Assembly: GCA_944390355.1 (NCBI GenBank)
Contig: CALXPT010000002.1
Location: forward strand, 134,564-198,563
DNA length: 64,000 bases
Reading direction: 5' to 3'
Source of the DNA: an uncultured Alphaproteobacteria bacterium
Lineage (GTDB): Bacteria > Pseudomonadota > Alphaproteobacteria > RF32 > CAG-239
The first letter of the stretch is position 1. Each line of letters begins with the position of its first letter. The notes under the pieces were generated by a model. That model was not told the DNA's origin. It searched no databases and was given only the letters and a program-made list of their open reading frames with translations. Below are positions 37,925-47,827 of the stretch, piece after piece. The position numbers and the translations under genes were made by a program.

Positions 37925-40900
37925 ATGTCAACACAGCAAAACAAAAAAGCTTCTCTCAACGATGAAACAGAGGCTCAAGCCACATGGTTAACCAAAAATT
38001 TGTATAAATTCATGATATGGACAAGTGCAATCTGGGTTGCAGTTGTCTTGTATTATATAACACAGTTTTTCGGCTGGTCGAATTTATTTTTAATGATGCC
38101 GGACGAATTTGGCGGATTTTTAGCCGGCGTAACATTGCCCCTAGCCATATTATGGGTTGTGGTTGCCTACATAGACAGAGGAGCAAGTTTTAAGAATGAA
38201 GCCAAGCTGTTACGAGCATATATGAACCAGTTGGTTTATCCGGAGGAGGGGGGAGCCCAAACAGCCAAGGCCATTGCCGATGGAATTCGCTCACAGGTAA
38301 TTGACTTGCAAGAGGCAACAAAGTTAGCGACGGCACAAACGGATGAAATCAAGAAGGCCTTGGAATCAAGGATAGAAGATTTTTCAAAATTAGTGGCCGT
38401 ATTAGATAAATATTCTTCCCAAACCGTACAAGAATTTTCAAACACCATTCGCCAGCTGTCATCAACCTTTGATGAAATGAACACGAGAGCATTGAACAAC
38501 GGCGAGCAATTTAGAGCAATGGCCAATAACGTTTCCCAGCTATTCGGTGCGTTGAACAAAGAATCAGATAACTTTATGAATAACATATTGCCCAATATTA
38601 ACGAAATAAGATATTCGGCAGAGTTGTTGGAAAAAGTTTCGGATGAAAGCAACAAGAAATTAATTTCGGCCAATGAGACGATATTGGACATGACCGAAAA
38701 ATCACAAAATAATATAGCCAAAGCATCAGAGATATTAGAAACACAAGCGCAAAAGATAGAAAACATTTCAAGAAAAGCAATTGCCGATTGCGATAATTTG
38801 CGCAAAAACATTGATAATAGTGTGAACACGTTAGCAGATGTCATGCAAACGCAAAATGAAACAATGCAGGGATATATAGCATCATTAAATAACAATGCGG
38901 ACACGTTGGGAGAAAAGTTTGTCGCACAGGGAGAGATAGTTAAACAAGAGATAGACAAGGTTATCTCAAGAGCCAATGTCGCCGAAGAGAGTATAGGATT
39001 ACAAGTCAGATCCTTAAGTTCGGTGGCTGAAGAAATAACAAATTCAATGCAGAGTGTAGAAAATACGATAAAAGAACATTCGGAAGAACTTGAAAAAACA
39101 ACAAACATAGCCCTTTCCAATACCAATACGGTTATAGAGAATTTGAAAAAAAGCGCATCAACCATAGCGGAAACGGCCGATAAGTCGATTTTGAGTATCT
39201 CCGCGGTGAATGATGACATCACCAGATGTAATGATAAATTAATAGCCGACAATAAAGAAGTCTTATCCAACCTAAATAATGTTTCAAAAGAAATTAAAGA
39301 TAAGAACGAACTCATAAAACTTCAAACGGATAATACGTTAAATCAATTCAGTACGATAGCAGCAACGATGAAACGGAGTGCAGATAGCATATCCGAAACA
39401 TCATCAATAATCGTAACTCAAAGTAAAGTTAGTGAAAATGCATTAACCCAGCAACAAAGACAAGTAAGTACTCTAACCTCAAATATAGAAGAATTCAAAA
39501 GCGAATTAAAACGAGAGATAGATGAGCTGTCTCGTGCATCGGCATTAATGAACGAAGACGCAAGAAACACGATAAGTGCATTAAAAGAGCAAATGGAAGA
39601 AACATTAGCGACATCAGAAAATATTATTTCCAAAACCAATGAAATGGAACAACATCTGCGCAAACAAACAGCGGAGTATGTAACGGAAACAGACAAGGCG
39701 TTTGATAAAATGTCGCATATCGGAAATATACTGGAAGAGCACTACAAAAAAGTAGATGTATTAAATGATAGTATAGTAAACAAAACTCAAAATCTTTCAG
39801 ATATTTTGGCATCTCAAGCAGATGTAGTTAATAAGTCGACCGAGAAGACGGAGCAAACGCACAAAGAATTGTTGTCATCATTCACGACACAAAGCAATTT
39901 GTTGAGCAACATGGCAGAGACCACTATCGGTTACGTTGCAGATGTTGTTAAAGTTTTTGATGAGAAGGCCGAAAGCATAAATATATTGTTCAAGCATCAG
40001 GAAAGTGAATTTAATAACATATGCGACAAGATAAGTGAAAATACAAATAATATCGGCTCAGCATTAAAGAAACAAATATCGGTCATAGAGCAGAGTGCCG
40101 ATAGAGTATTCTCACGTCTGGCAATTTTGGAAGAAGATGCCAATAAGCGTTCGGGAACGATTAATGCATCGGTAGAGCAAGTAATTGAAAAATTAATGAA
40201 TGTTAATAAGACTGTCGAAGAACAAAAAGATGATGTAATTCATATAATGAGCGGTTTAGAAAACAAGTTACAAGGCATCAAAGCTACGATGGGAGAGTTT
40301 TCCGATATATTTGAGCATGTCAAAGACGGAGCAGACAGCGTATCCTCGGATATAATGGATAATTGCCGTCGCTTGATTTCTGCAACGGACAACATGGCAA
40401 CCGGCAGCAAAAATGTAATGTTAGCCATGGAAACGCACGTCAAAACATTAGATGAGGCGTTGGTGAGAACACAAAATCAAAGTAGTGTCATAAAAGATAC
40501 CTTAGCGCAACAAGCAGATAATTTGATAGATATTGTCAATGTTGTAGCAACCCAAAATCGCCTAAGTGAGGCATCATTATCCCAGCAATACAAATACTTG
40601 TCTGATGTATCATCAGGAGTTGCGGAAAAATTAAATAATGTAAATGAGTTATTTAAGGAAACCGGCAACAATATGAGTGAAACAACAACCAAAATAGCAG
40701 TTGAAATAAATGCGTTGGGAGATAAGTTGCTGAAATCTTGCGAAGATATATTGAAAGTAAGCAAAAGTTCAGTAAAGAACATCGAACAAGTATCACTATC
40801 GCTCAACCAAACGGCAGAAGATTTGAATAACTCGGTACAAGCCTCGACACAAAAAGTAGGAACCGTCATGAAGGATTATGAAAAATACATTTCGAACTTC

Positions 40901-41863
40901 AACACAGTAACGGCAGAGGCGAGCACGGGAGTAATTGAAATAAATAATTTGATTTCGGAACAAAATGACAAGATGCTTAATCTCTCAGCCGGAACAAAAG
41001 AACTGGTAAATTATTTCAATACGGTCTTGAATGATGCCTCAATGGCTTTATCGGAAAGAGCCAATCACGCCTATGACAAGGTCAAAGGATTAGGAGATAG
41101 TTTGAAAAAGCTTGGCTTGCAGATAGAAGAGACATCAAAGCAAAGTTCAGGCAGTTTAGATGCTGCCGGAAACAAACTCCGCGCCTCGATTAGTGAGATT
41201 TCTGCAAATGCCGAAAGAATCTCTAATGATATCCGTTCATCAGGGGAGGTATTCCTAAAGCAATCAAACGTCTTATCAACAGCAAGTGATAATGCCCTTG
41301 AAAAGGTAACCCAAGCCGTCAATGCATTAATATCAAGCTCTAAAGAATTTTCCGCTAAAGGTGAAGATATTTTACAAAAATCAAACGGCTTTAATGTTTT
41401 GTTCAAAAAGCAATTGCAGGTTCTAAATGATACGTCGGCAAGAGCGGAAAACAAAATCAAAGATTTGGAAAATCTCTACGAAGGCATAAGAGTAGATACA
41501 TTCTTGAAAAACGCTTCATATGTACTGGAACGTCTGGAATCAGCCGCTGTAGATATCAACCGGATATTTAATCCGAATGCCGAAGAAGAACTCTGGAAAA
41601 AATATTATAACGGAGACACCTCGGTATTTGTCAGACATTTGGCGCGCACCATGAGTCGCAGTCAAATAGTTGCAATTAAAACGGAATATGAGAAGAATGC
41701 GGAATTCCGTAATGTTGTAATGAATTATTTAACCGATTTCGAAACTTTGGTCGGAAAAGCCAAAGATAGCGAAAAATCAGGATTATTGCTATCGGTCATA
41801 TCCGGAGCTGATGTCGGAAAACTGTACTATATTTTAGCAAAATCATTGGATAGAATTAATTAA
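37925..41863 (+). CDS. Large membrane-anchored coiled-coil protein (TipN/GPR-like, apolipoprotein-type repeats)
   Basis: Two N-terminal transmembrane segments, ~1100 aa of heptad helices, C-terminal LWKKYYNGDTSVFVRHL...YLTDFE...GKLYYILA. Confidence 0.75.
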   Translation: MSTQQNKKASLNDETEAQATWLTKNLYKFMIWTSAIWVAVVLYYITQFFGWSNLFLMMPDEFGGFLAGVTLPLAILWVVVAYIDRGASFKNEAKLLRAYMNQLVYPEEGGAQTAKAIADGIRSQVIDLQEATKLATAQTDEIKKALESRIEDFSKLVAVLDKYSSQTVQEFSNTIRQLSSTFDEMNTRALNNGEQFRAMANNVSQLFGALNKESDNFMNNILPNINEIRYSAELLEKVSDESNKKLISANETILDMTEKSQNNIAKASEILETQAQKIENISRKAIADCDNLRKNIDNSVNTLADVMQTQNETMQGYIASLNNNADTLGEKFVAQGEIVKQEIDKVISRANVAEESIGLQVRSLSSVAEEITNSMQSVENTIKEHSEELEKTTNIALSNTNTVIENLKKSASTIAETADKSILSISAVNDDITRCNDKLIADNKEVLSNLNNVSKEIKDKNELIKLQTDNTLNQFSTIAATMKRSADSISETSSIIVTQSKVSENALTQQQRQVSTLTSNIEEFKSELKREIDELSRASALMNEDARNTISALKEQMEETLATSENIISKTNEMEQHLRKQTAEYVTETDKAFDKMSHIGNILEEHYKKVDVLNDSIVNKTQNLSDILASQADVVNKSTEKTEQTHKELLSSFTTQSNLLSNMAETTIGYVADVVKVFDEKAESINILFKHQESEFNNICDKISENTNNIGSALKKQISVIEQSADRVFSRLAILEEDANKRSGTINASVEQVIEKLMNVNKTVEEQKDDVIHIMSGLENKLQGIKATMGEFSDIFEHVKDGADSVSSDIMDNCRRLISATDNMATGSKNVMLAMETHVKTLDEALVRTQNQSSVIKDTLAQQADNLIDIVNVVATQNRLSEASLSQQYKYLSDVSSGVAEKLNNVNELFKETGNNMSETTTKIAVEINALGDKLLKSCEDILKVSKSSVKNIEQVSLSLNQTAEDLNNSVQASTQKVGTVMKDYEKYISNFNTVTAEASTGVIEINNLISEQNDKMLNLSAGTKELVNYFNTVLNDASMALSERANHAYDKVKGLGDSLKKLGLQIEETSKQSSGSLDAAGNKLRASISEISANAERISNDIRSSGEVFLKQSNVLSTASDNALEKVTQAVNALISSSKEFSAKGEDILQKSNGFNVLFKKQLQVLNDTSARAENKIKDLENLYEGIRVDTFLKNASYVLERLESAAVDINRIFNPNAEEELWKKYYNGDTSVFVRHLARTMSRSQIVAIKTEYEKNAEFRNVVMNYLTDFETLVGKAKDSEKSGLLLSVISGADVGKLYYILAKSLDRIN

Positions 41864-41865
41864 TA

Positions 41866-42429
41866 ATGAACAGCAAAATTTACACGACAGAAATTAACCG
41901 ATTGCTGGAGAACATATCGTCTTCAGCCAATCGGTTAGTCAGCAAAAAATTTCCGAACGCTCAACAATCAAATACGGAAAATCAAAAAGGATTTTCACCG
42001 GTTGATATAGCCACGCCGTCGGCCTCATATCTTGAAGCAAAGGCCTCATTTAATGTACAGGAATATGTTTCAGCCAATCCATATAAAGATACGGGAGCGG
42101 AAAAATATAAACGGAACATTTACGGCAATTCTCAGCAAAACCAAGCAACGGCAGAAACAACATCGGCAGAAGGAACGAATTTTGCGGCATTTATGCCGGA
42201 AATAACACCGCAGAACAAGAACATGGTCTATAATCAGGCCAGCAATATCTACAATGCACCGTTAAAAGCGGAACAGCAAAACATTACGCAAACGGCACAA
42301 GATTTTTCGTATTCGAGACTTGATTATGCGTTGAATGCATATAACTATGTCAAAGAAGTCAATCAAGAACCGAAAATATTAATAAATTTAATGCACCCGA
42401 ACAACCGCAATTTTCACTTTGAGGCCTAA
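41866..42429 (+). CDS. Hypothetical protein rich in N/Q/A
   Basis: 187 aa; its stop codon overlaps the dusB start (TAATG). Confidence 0.65.
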   Translation: MNSKIYTTEINRLLENISSSANRLVSKKFPNAQQSNTENQKGFSPVDIATPSASYLEAKASFNVQEYVSANPYKDTGAEKYKRNIYGNSQQNQATAETTSAEGTNFAAFMPEITPQNKNMVYNQASNIYNAPLKAEQQNITQTAQDFSYSRLDYALNAYNYVKEVNQEPKILINLMHPNNRNFHFEA

Positions 42430-43400
42430 TGAAGATATTAGATTTGAAAAGCAAAGTATTTATGGCACCGATGGCGGGAATAACAGATAAACCGCTGCGC
42501 CGTCTGGTTTCATCGTTAGGAGCGGGGAACATGGTTTCCGAAATGGTAGCCATACAAGCCATACAACGCAAAAATCCCAAAACCTATCGCATTGCGGATG
42601 TACGAGATGAACCCTATCCGGTAATAGTGCAATTGGTTGGCGGAAAACCGGAGCAATTTGCCGATGCCGCAAGACTGGCCGCAGATTTGGGAGCATATTC
42701 CATTGATATAAACATGGGCTGTCCGGTCAAAAAAATCGTGAATAACAATTCCGGCTCCGCACTGATGAAAGATTTGCCGTTAGCCTCAAAAATCATAAAA
42801 GAAGTTGTCAAAGCCACCCCGCTCAAAGTCAGTGTCAAATTTCGTAAGGGCTGGGATATAAATAATGTAAACGCCGTCGAATTTGCCCAAATGTGCGAAG
42901 ACAGCGGAGCTTCATATATCACGGTACACGGTCGCACACGGAGTGCATTTTATTCAGGTACGGCAGACTGGGACATCATCCGAGCCGTTAAACAATCCGT
43001 AAAGATTCCCATTATCGGCAACGGCGACATAAATACGGTTTACGACGCTCAAAGAATGATAGATGAAACAGGGGTGGACGGCGTGATGATAGGTCGAGCG
43101 GCACTTGGCAATCCATGGCTCATCAGCCAAACCCATGCATATTTGGAAAACAAAGAACTCCCGAGAAAAATTCCCGTTTCGGAAATCAAACGATTTATGC
43201 TAAAACATATAGAACTTTTGAGTGAATATTATGGACAAGAAATGGGGCTGGCCATTTCAAGAAAATTCGTATGTTGGTATTGCAAAAATTTACGAGAAGC
43301 CAAACGCTTTCGAGAAATATATACCAAAATAAATGATTATAACGAGGCGATGAAAACAATTGACGAGTATTTTGACGGTTTTGGAGAAGAAGAAAGATGA
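42429..43400 (+). CDS. dusB: tRNA-dihydrouridine synthase B
   Basis: APMAGITD, IDINMGCP, VHGRTR, GNGDI, GVMIGRA. Confidence 0.96.
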   Translation: MKILDLKSKVFMAPMAGITDKPLRRLVSSLGAGNMVSEMVAIQAIQRKNPKTYRIADVRDEPYPVIVQLVGGKPEQFADAARLAADLGAYSIDINMGCPVKKIVNNNSGSALMKDLPLASKIIKEVVKATPLKVSVKFRKGWDINNVNAVEFAQMCEDSGASYITVHGRTRSAFYSGTADWDIIRAVKQSVKIPIIGNGDINTVYDAQRMIDETGVDGVMIGRAALGNPWLISQTHAYLENKELPRKIPVSEIKRFMLKHIELLSEYYGQEMGLAISRKFVCWYCKNLREAKRFREIYTKINDYNEAMKTIDEYFDGFGEEER

Positions 43401-44755
43401 AAATCATAGTCTGTGGAGCCGGCCGCATCGGCAAAAGCATGGTAAGCTTTTTATCTTATGGTAATAATGATATTATCGTAATTGATACCGACCAGCAAAA
43501 ATTAGATGAAATCTCCAAAGAATGGGACATTATGCCAATTTTAGGCAATGCTGCTCACCCTGATATCTTGGAAAAAGCCGAAGCCAACGATGCGGATATG
43601 ATTTTGGCAGTAACCAATTCGGATGAAACAAATTTGGTCAGTTGTCAGGTTGCCGATTGCCTTTTTAATGTCCGCCAAAAAGTTGCGCGTATAGATTCAC
43701 CGGAGTTTTTAAATCCGATATGGTGCGAACTGTATAATCCCAAACATATAAACGTAGATTTATTAATTTCGCCGGATATGGCAATTGCCGAAACGATTTA
43801 CGAAATTATCAAGATTCCGGGAGCCTCATCGGTCATGCCGTTAGCCGAAAAATTACTATATATGCTATCAGTGCGCTGTCAGGCAGGTTCTCCTTTAATA
43901 AAAACCCCGTTAGAACATATAGAGATGATAGCCCCCGAGATAAAAATATCCGCGGTAAGCGTTGTCAGAAACGGCAAGAACTTTATTCCTTCGGGCGAAT
44001 TTTGCTTAGAAGAAGGGGATGAGTTATACTTTTTGGTTGAAAGCAAAGACATAGATGCCGCCATCACAGCCTTTGGCTGTATGCGTCCGAATAACGAAAA
44101 AGTTCTAATTTTCGGCGGCAATCAAGTAGCCTATTATCTGGCACAAAAAATAGAAGAAGATGACAGTATTTTAAGTTGTAAGATTATTGAAGATGATAAA
44201 AGACGAGCAAGATACTTGGCGCAAAATCTGGAACACACGCCTGTAATTTACGGAGAAATGCTGAGTGATGTGATTTTAGAAGAAGCTGACGTGGATTCGG
44301 TGGATGTAACCATATCTGCCACATTGCGAGATAAAGATAATCTGCTGACTTCTTTAATTGCAAAGAAAAACGGAGCCAAAACAACCATTTCCGTAGTTAA
44401 TTCCAAGGCCTATAACACGCTGGTCAGCAATTTGAGTGATAGTATTATAGTCGATGGCTCATCGGTAACGGTCTCGGCAATATTAAAAGAATTGCGCAAA
44501 GCCCAAATCAAACAAGCGCACTCTTTGGGAAGGGGCTTAGGAGAGATTTGGGAGATTGAAATAGATGAACATTCAGTCAATGCCAATAAGAAAATAAATG
44601 ATTTGGATTTGCCGGAAAACAGCAAGATATGCGCCATAGTCCGCGACAGGCAAATCATCTATCCGGATATTTATGCCAAAATTCTTCCCGCGGATCGGCT
44701 GATATTATTCAGTAGTTCCAAAGCAATCAAAAAAGTCGAAAAGATTTTTTCATAA
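43397..44755 (+). CDS. trkA: Trk potassium uptake NAD-binding subunit
   Basis: MKIIVCGAGRIG, AVTNSDETN, two RCK-N/RCK-C units. Confidence 0.93.
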   Translation: MKIIVCGAGRIGKSMVSFLSYGNNDIIVIDTDQQKLDEISKEWDIMPILGNAAHPDILEKAEANDADMILAVTNSDETNLVSCQVADCLFNVRQKVARIDSPEFLNPIWCELYNPKHINVDLLISPDMAIAETIYEIIKIPGASSVMPLAEKLLYMLSVRCQAGSPLIKTPLEHIEMIAPEIKISAVSVVRNGKNFIPSGEFCLEEGDELYFLVESKDIDAAITAFGCMRPNNEKVLIFGGNQVAYYLAQKIEEDDSILSCKIIEDDKRRARYLAQNLEHTPVIYGEMLSDVILEEADVDSVDVTISATLRDKDNLLTSLIAKKNGAKTTISVVNSKAYNTLVSNLSDSIIVDGSSVTVSAILKELRKAQIKQAHSLGRGLGEIWEIEIDEHSVNANKKINDLDLPENSKICAIVRDRQIIYPDIYAKILPADRLILFSSSKAIKKVEKIFS

Positions 44756-44824
44756 ATACCTTTACTAATTAAAAATTTTATAATTAAATAAGAACAATAA
44801 ACAAAAAGAATAAAGGATAAAAAA

Positions 44825-45064
44825 ATGTTAAAGAATGTTCAGGAAGATTTTTTAAAAGACTTAAGCCAAAACAAAATCGCCGTAACGGTTTTTTTGGTAA
44901 ACGGCGTAAAATTGCAGGGTATAATCACATGGTTTGACGCCGAATCTTTGTTATTACGCCGAGACGGACACACACAACTGATTTTCAAACATGCCATATC
45001 CACAATAATGCCGGGGTCTCCCGTTAATATAGATATCACGGAAAACACACAGAAATCGGAATAA
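44825..45064 (+). CDS. hfq: RNA chaperone Hfq (divergent)
   Basis: [23 protein letters not shown]; upstream of hflX. Confidence 0.95.
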   Translation: MLKNVQEDFLKDLSQNKIAVTVFLVNGVKLQGIITWFDAESLLLRRDGHTQLIFKHAISTIMPGSPVNIDITENTQKSE

Positions 45065-45066
45065 CC

Positions 45067-46377
45067 TTGAGTGAGTTTCAAATCCAAGAACGAGCACCGA
45101 CAAGAGCCTGCGTCATATTTCCCAATGTTGCAACATCAAAGGATAATCTTTCACCGACAGCGCGGTTAGAAGAGGCGGTTGGGTTAGCGCATTCAATTAA
45201 CTTAGAGGTAGCGCACAGCGAGGTAATAAAACTTCGAGAAATAAAAGCCGGAAATTTTTTTGGTGAGGGGAATATAGAACGATTAACCCAAATCATAACC
45301 GAACAAAAAATAGAACTGCTAATTGTCGATTCTTCTCTAAGCCCGATTCAACAGCGCAATTTAGAGAAAAAACTCAAAATCAAGGTTATAGATAGAACTG
45401 CGCTTATTCTGGAAATTTTTGGAGAACGAGCCCAAACCAAAGAAGGAAAACTTCAGGTAGAATTAGCGCATTTGACCTACCAAAGGAGTCGTCTGGTTCG
45501 AAGTTGGACACACTTGGAAAGACAACGCGGCGGGGCCGGATTTCTGGGCGGCCCCGGAGAAACGCAAATAGAGCTGGATAGACGTATTATTGACGACAAG
45601 ATTACCCGCATAAAAAAAGATTTGGAAAAAGTCCGCCGTACACGAGAGTTGCAGCGTTCCGCACGAGAAAAAATTCCCTATCCGATAGTAGCTTTGGTGG
45701 GCTATACCAATGCCGGCAAATCAACGCTTTTTAACAAATTATCTCAGGCCGATGTTTTTGCCAAAGACCTGCTGTTTGCCACTCTTGATACAACGATGCG
45801 TCGCATAGAACTTCCCTCAAGAAGAGAAGTTATTCTATCCGATACGGTTGGTTTTATATCCGACTTGCCGCATGAATTAATCATGTCGTTCCGCGCAACA
45901 TTAGAAGAAGTTTTAGCCGCCCACATTATTGTCCATGTACGAGACATCTCAAATCCGGATACATTACTGCAAAAGAAAGACGTATTAAGTGTGTTGGAAC
46001 ATCTGGGCTTAAATCATATAGAAAAAAACAAAAATTATATTGAAGTTCTCAATAAATCTGATTTACTGGATAGAGAACAACAAAATTACTATAAAGAAAA
46101 AGCCCGAAAAAATCCGAATTTATTATTGATTTCCGCGGTTACGGGCGAAGGGTTAACAGACTTTTTGACGCTGATAGATAAAAAACTTTCTGCAAACGAA
46201 ACGCAGCTTGAGATAGAAATTCCGATAATTGATGGAAAATCCATATCGTGGTTGTATGAAAACGCAGAAATAACGGACAAAAAAATAATCGGAACAAAAA
46301 TAAAATTCCGGTGCAAAATATCACATAAAAATTGTGCTAAATTGCAACAAATGTTGAAAAATACACCTCAAATATAA
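45067..46377 (+). CDS. hflX: GTPase HflX
   Basis: WTHLERQRGG, GPGETQIE, VGYTNAGKST, LFATLD, DTVGFI, NKSD. Confidence 0.97.
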   Translation: MSEFQIQERAPTRACVIFPNVATSKDNLSPTARLEEAVGLAHSINLEVAHSEVIKLREIKAGNFFGEGNIERLTQIITEQKIELLIVDSSLSPIQQRNLEKKLKIKVIDRTALILEIFGERAQTKEGKLQVELAHLTYQRSRLVRSWTHLERQRGGAGFLGGPGETQIELDRRIIDDKITRIKKDLEKVRRTRELQRSAREKIPYPIVALVGYTNAGKSTLFNKLSQADVFAKDLLFATLDTTMRRIELPSRREVILSDTVGFISDLPHELIMSFRATLEEVLAAHIIVHVRDISNPDTLLQKKDVLSVLEHLGLNHIEKNKNYIEVLNKSDLLDREQQNYYKEKARKNPNLLLISAVTGEGLTDFLTLIDKKLSANETQLEIEIPIIDGKSISWLYENAEITDKKIIGTKIKFRCKISHKNCAKLQQMLKNTPQI

Positions 46378-46416
46378 TTGATAATTGAGTCGGTAGTTTT
46401 CATGATACAAAAAAAC

Positions 46417-46444
46417 AAGCGGCTTCAAATAAAAAGCCGCTTTT
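46417..46444. terminator. Bidirectional terminator
   Basis: AAGCGGCTT/AAGCCGCTT hairpin between convergent genes. Confidence 0.7.
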
Positions 46445-46462
46445 AAATTTTGAAATAAAAAA

Positions 46463-46837
46463 TTATTTAGGTTCCGGCACAGACAACGGTTCCGGCATAG
46501 GGCGGGGCGCATCTTTGGACAGAGGCCTTGCATGATGAGGAAACGGACGATGTTCCCCTTTCATCCGAGGTTCCGGTTCTCTTCTGGGAGCAGGAGGCAC
46601 TTGCCCGCAATTACAATCCGGCACAATGTTAACGGGTGCATTTGTTTGAGCACAACCACACCCCATCATGCCGCAATTACAAGGATTTACAACAGGAGCA
46701 TTCATGGCAAAAGGGCAATCGGCTCTATGCATTCCACCCCTAAAACCATATGGATGAGATAAGGATTTACCGACAAAAACACCAACGGCAAACAATACCG
46801 CTCCACCGATAATCATATACAAAACATTTTTTTCCAT
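46463..46837 (-). CDS. Small membrane-anchored Cys/Pro-rich protein
   Basis: AAGGAG RBS, N-terminal transmembrane segment, CNCGMMGCGC...CNCG. Confidence 0.7.
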   Translation of the reverse strand: MEKNVLYMIIGGAVLFAVGVFVGKSLSHPYGFRGGMHRADCPFAMNAPVVNPCNCGMMGCGCAQTNAPVNIVPDCNCGQVPPAPRREPEPRMKGEHRPFPHHARPLSKDAPRPMPEPLSVPEPK

Positions 46838-46936
46838 AATTAATTCTCCTTTTTTATGTATAACCACTATAAAAACAAAATATCAAGATTATATTAATAA
46901 ACGCTAATTTTTTGATTATTTTTTTAGGGGGAAGAA

Positions 46937-47776
46937 ATGTTAAATTTTGAACCATTGGCAATAGATAAGATGCCTAGGTATCAACAATTATATAACCAAA
47001 GTGATGGACAAAGTCTAGCTAACTCTTTTTACTATATGTGGATGAATTCCAAGCAACAACCTTGCGAATGGGCTTTTGAAGATGATATTTGTTGGATAAG
47101 AACAAGCATAAATAACAAAATATATTATAAAGCACCAGTAGGAAATATATCAAAATACAATATCAAAGAACTGTTAAAAAAGCTTCCGCCAAAATCAGAG
47201 CTGATAGATATACCGGAGACATTGGCACCGGAACTTATCAAAAACGGTTACTTCCATTTACACGAAGTTCCGACGGAACAAGAAATCAGTTTTTCGGTTC
47301 AAGACTTGGAAGAACTCCCCGGAGATGCTTACCATGTGAAAAGACAGCATCTGAAATATTTTTTATGGGCTTATGAATATAAACAAGATGAAATCCGCCC
47401 GAAATACATCCCCGACATCAAACGAATGATAAAAAAACAGATAGATAGTCCGGAAAAAAAAGAAAACTATAATCAAATTTGCAAAATTTTAGACAACTGG
47501 AAAATATTTAAGGATTATTTGGAAGGAAGGGTATTTGTAATAAAAAAACAAGTACAAAGTGTCATAATCGGAGAGAAGACGAGCAAAAATTATATGCTGA
47601 TACATGTTGAGGCCGAAAATCCGAGAATAAAAGGACTTGTAGCGGCAACTCAAAAATTTTATCTTGAAAAATTTAATACCATCAAGCAGGCAAATTTTGG
47701 CAAAATATTCATACCTGCCAGCCGGTACAATTTGCCGCGAAATATCGTATCAAAATACAAACTGCAGTTAGAATGA
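46937..47776 (+). CDS. DUF2156/phosphatidylglycerol lysyltransferase C-domain-like protein (divergent)
   Basis: DLEELPGDAYHVKRQHLKYF, IHVEAENPRIKGL. Confidence 0.65.
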   Translation: MLNFEPLAIDKMPRYQQLYNQSDGQSLANSFYYMWMNSKQQPCEWAFEDDICWIRTSINNKIYYKAPVGNISKYNIKELLKKLPPKSELIDIPETLAPELIKNGYFHLHEVPTEQEISFSVQDLEELPGDAYHVKRQHLKYFLWAYEYKQDEIRPKYIPDIKRMIKKQIDSPEKKENYNQICKILDNWKIFKDYLEGRVFVIKKQVQSVIIGEKTSKNYMLIHVEAENPRIKGLVAATQKFYLEKFNTIKQANFGKIFIPASRYNLPRNIVSKYKLQLE

Positions 47777-47827
47777 CGAAAGCCGCCTTGGGGCGGCTTA
47801 ATTTAACAAATACAAGCGTAAATAAAT

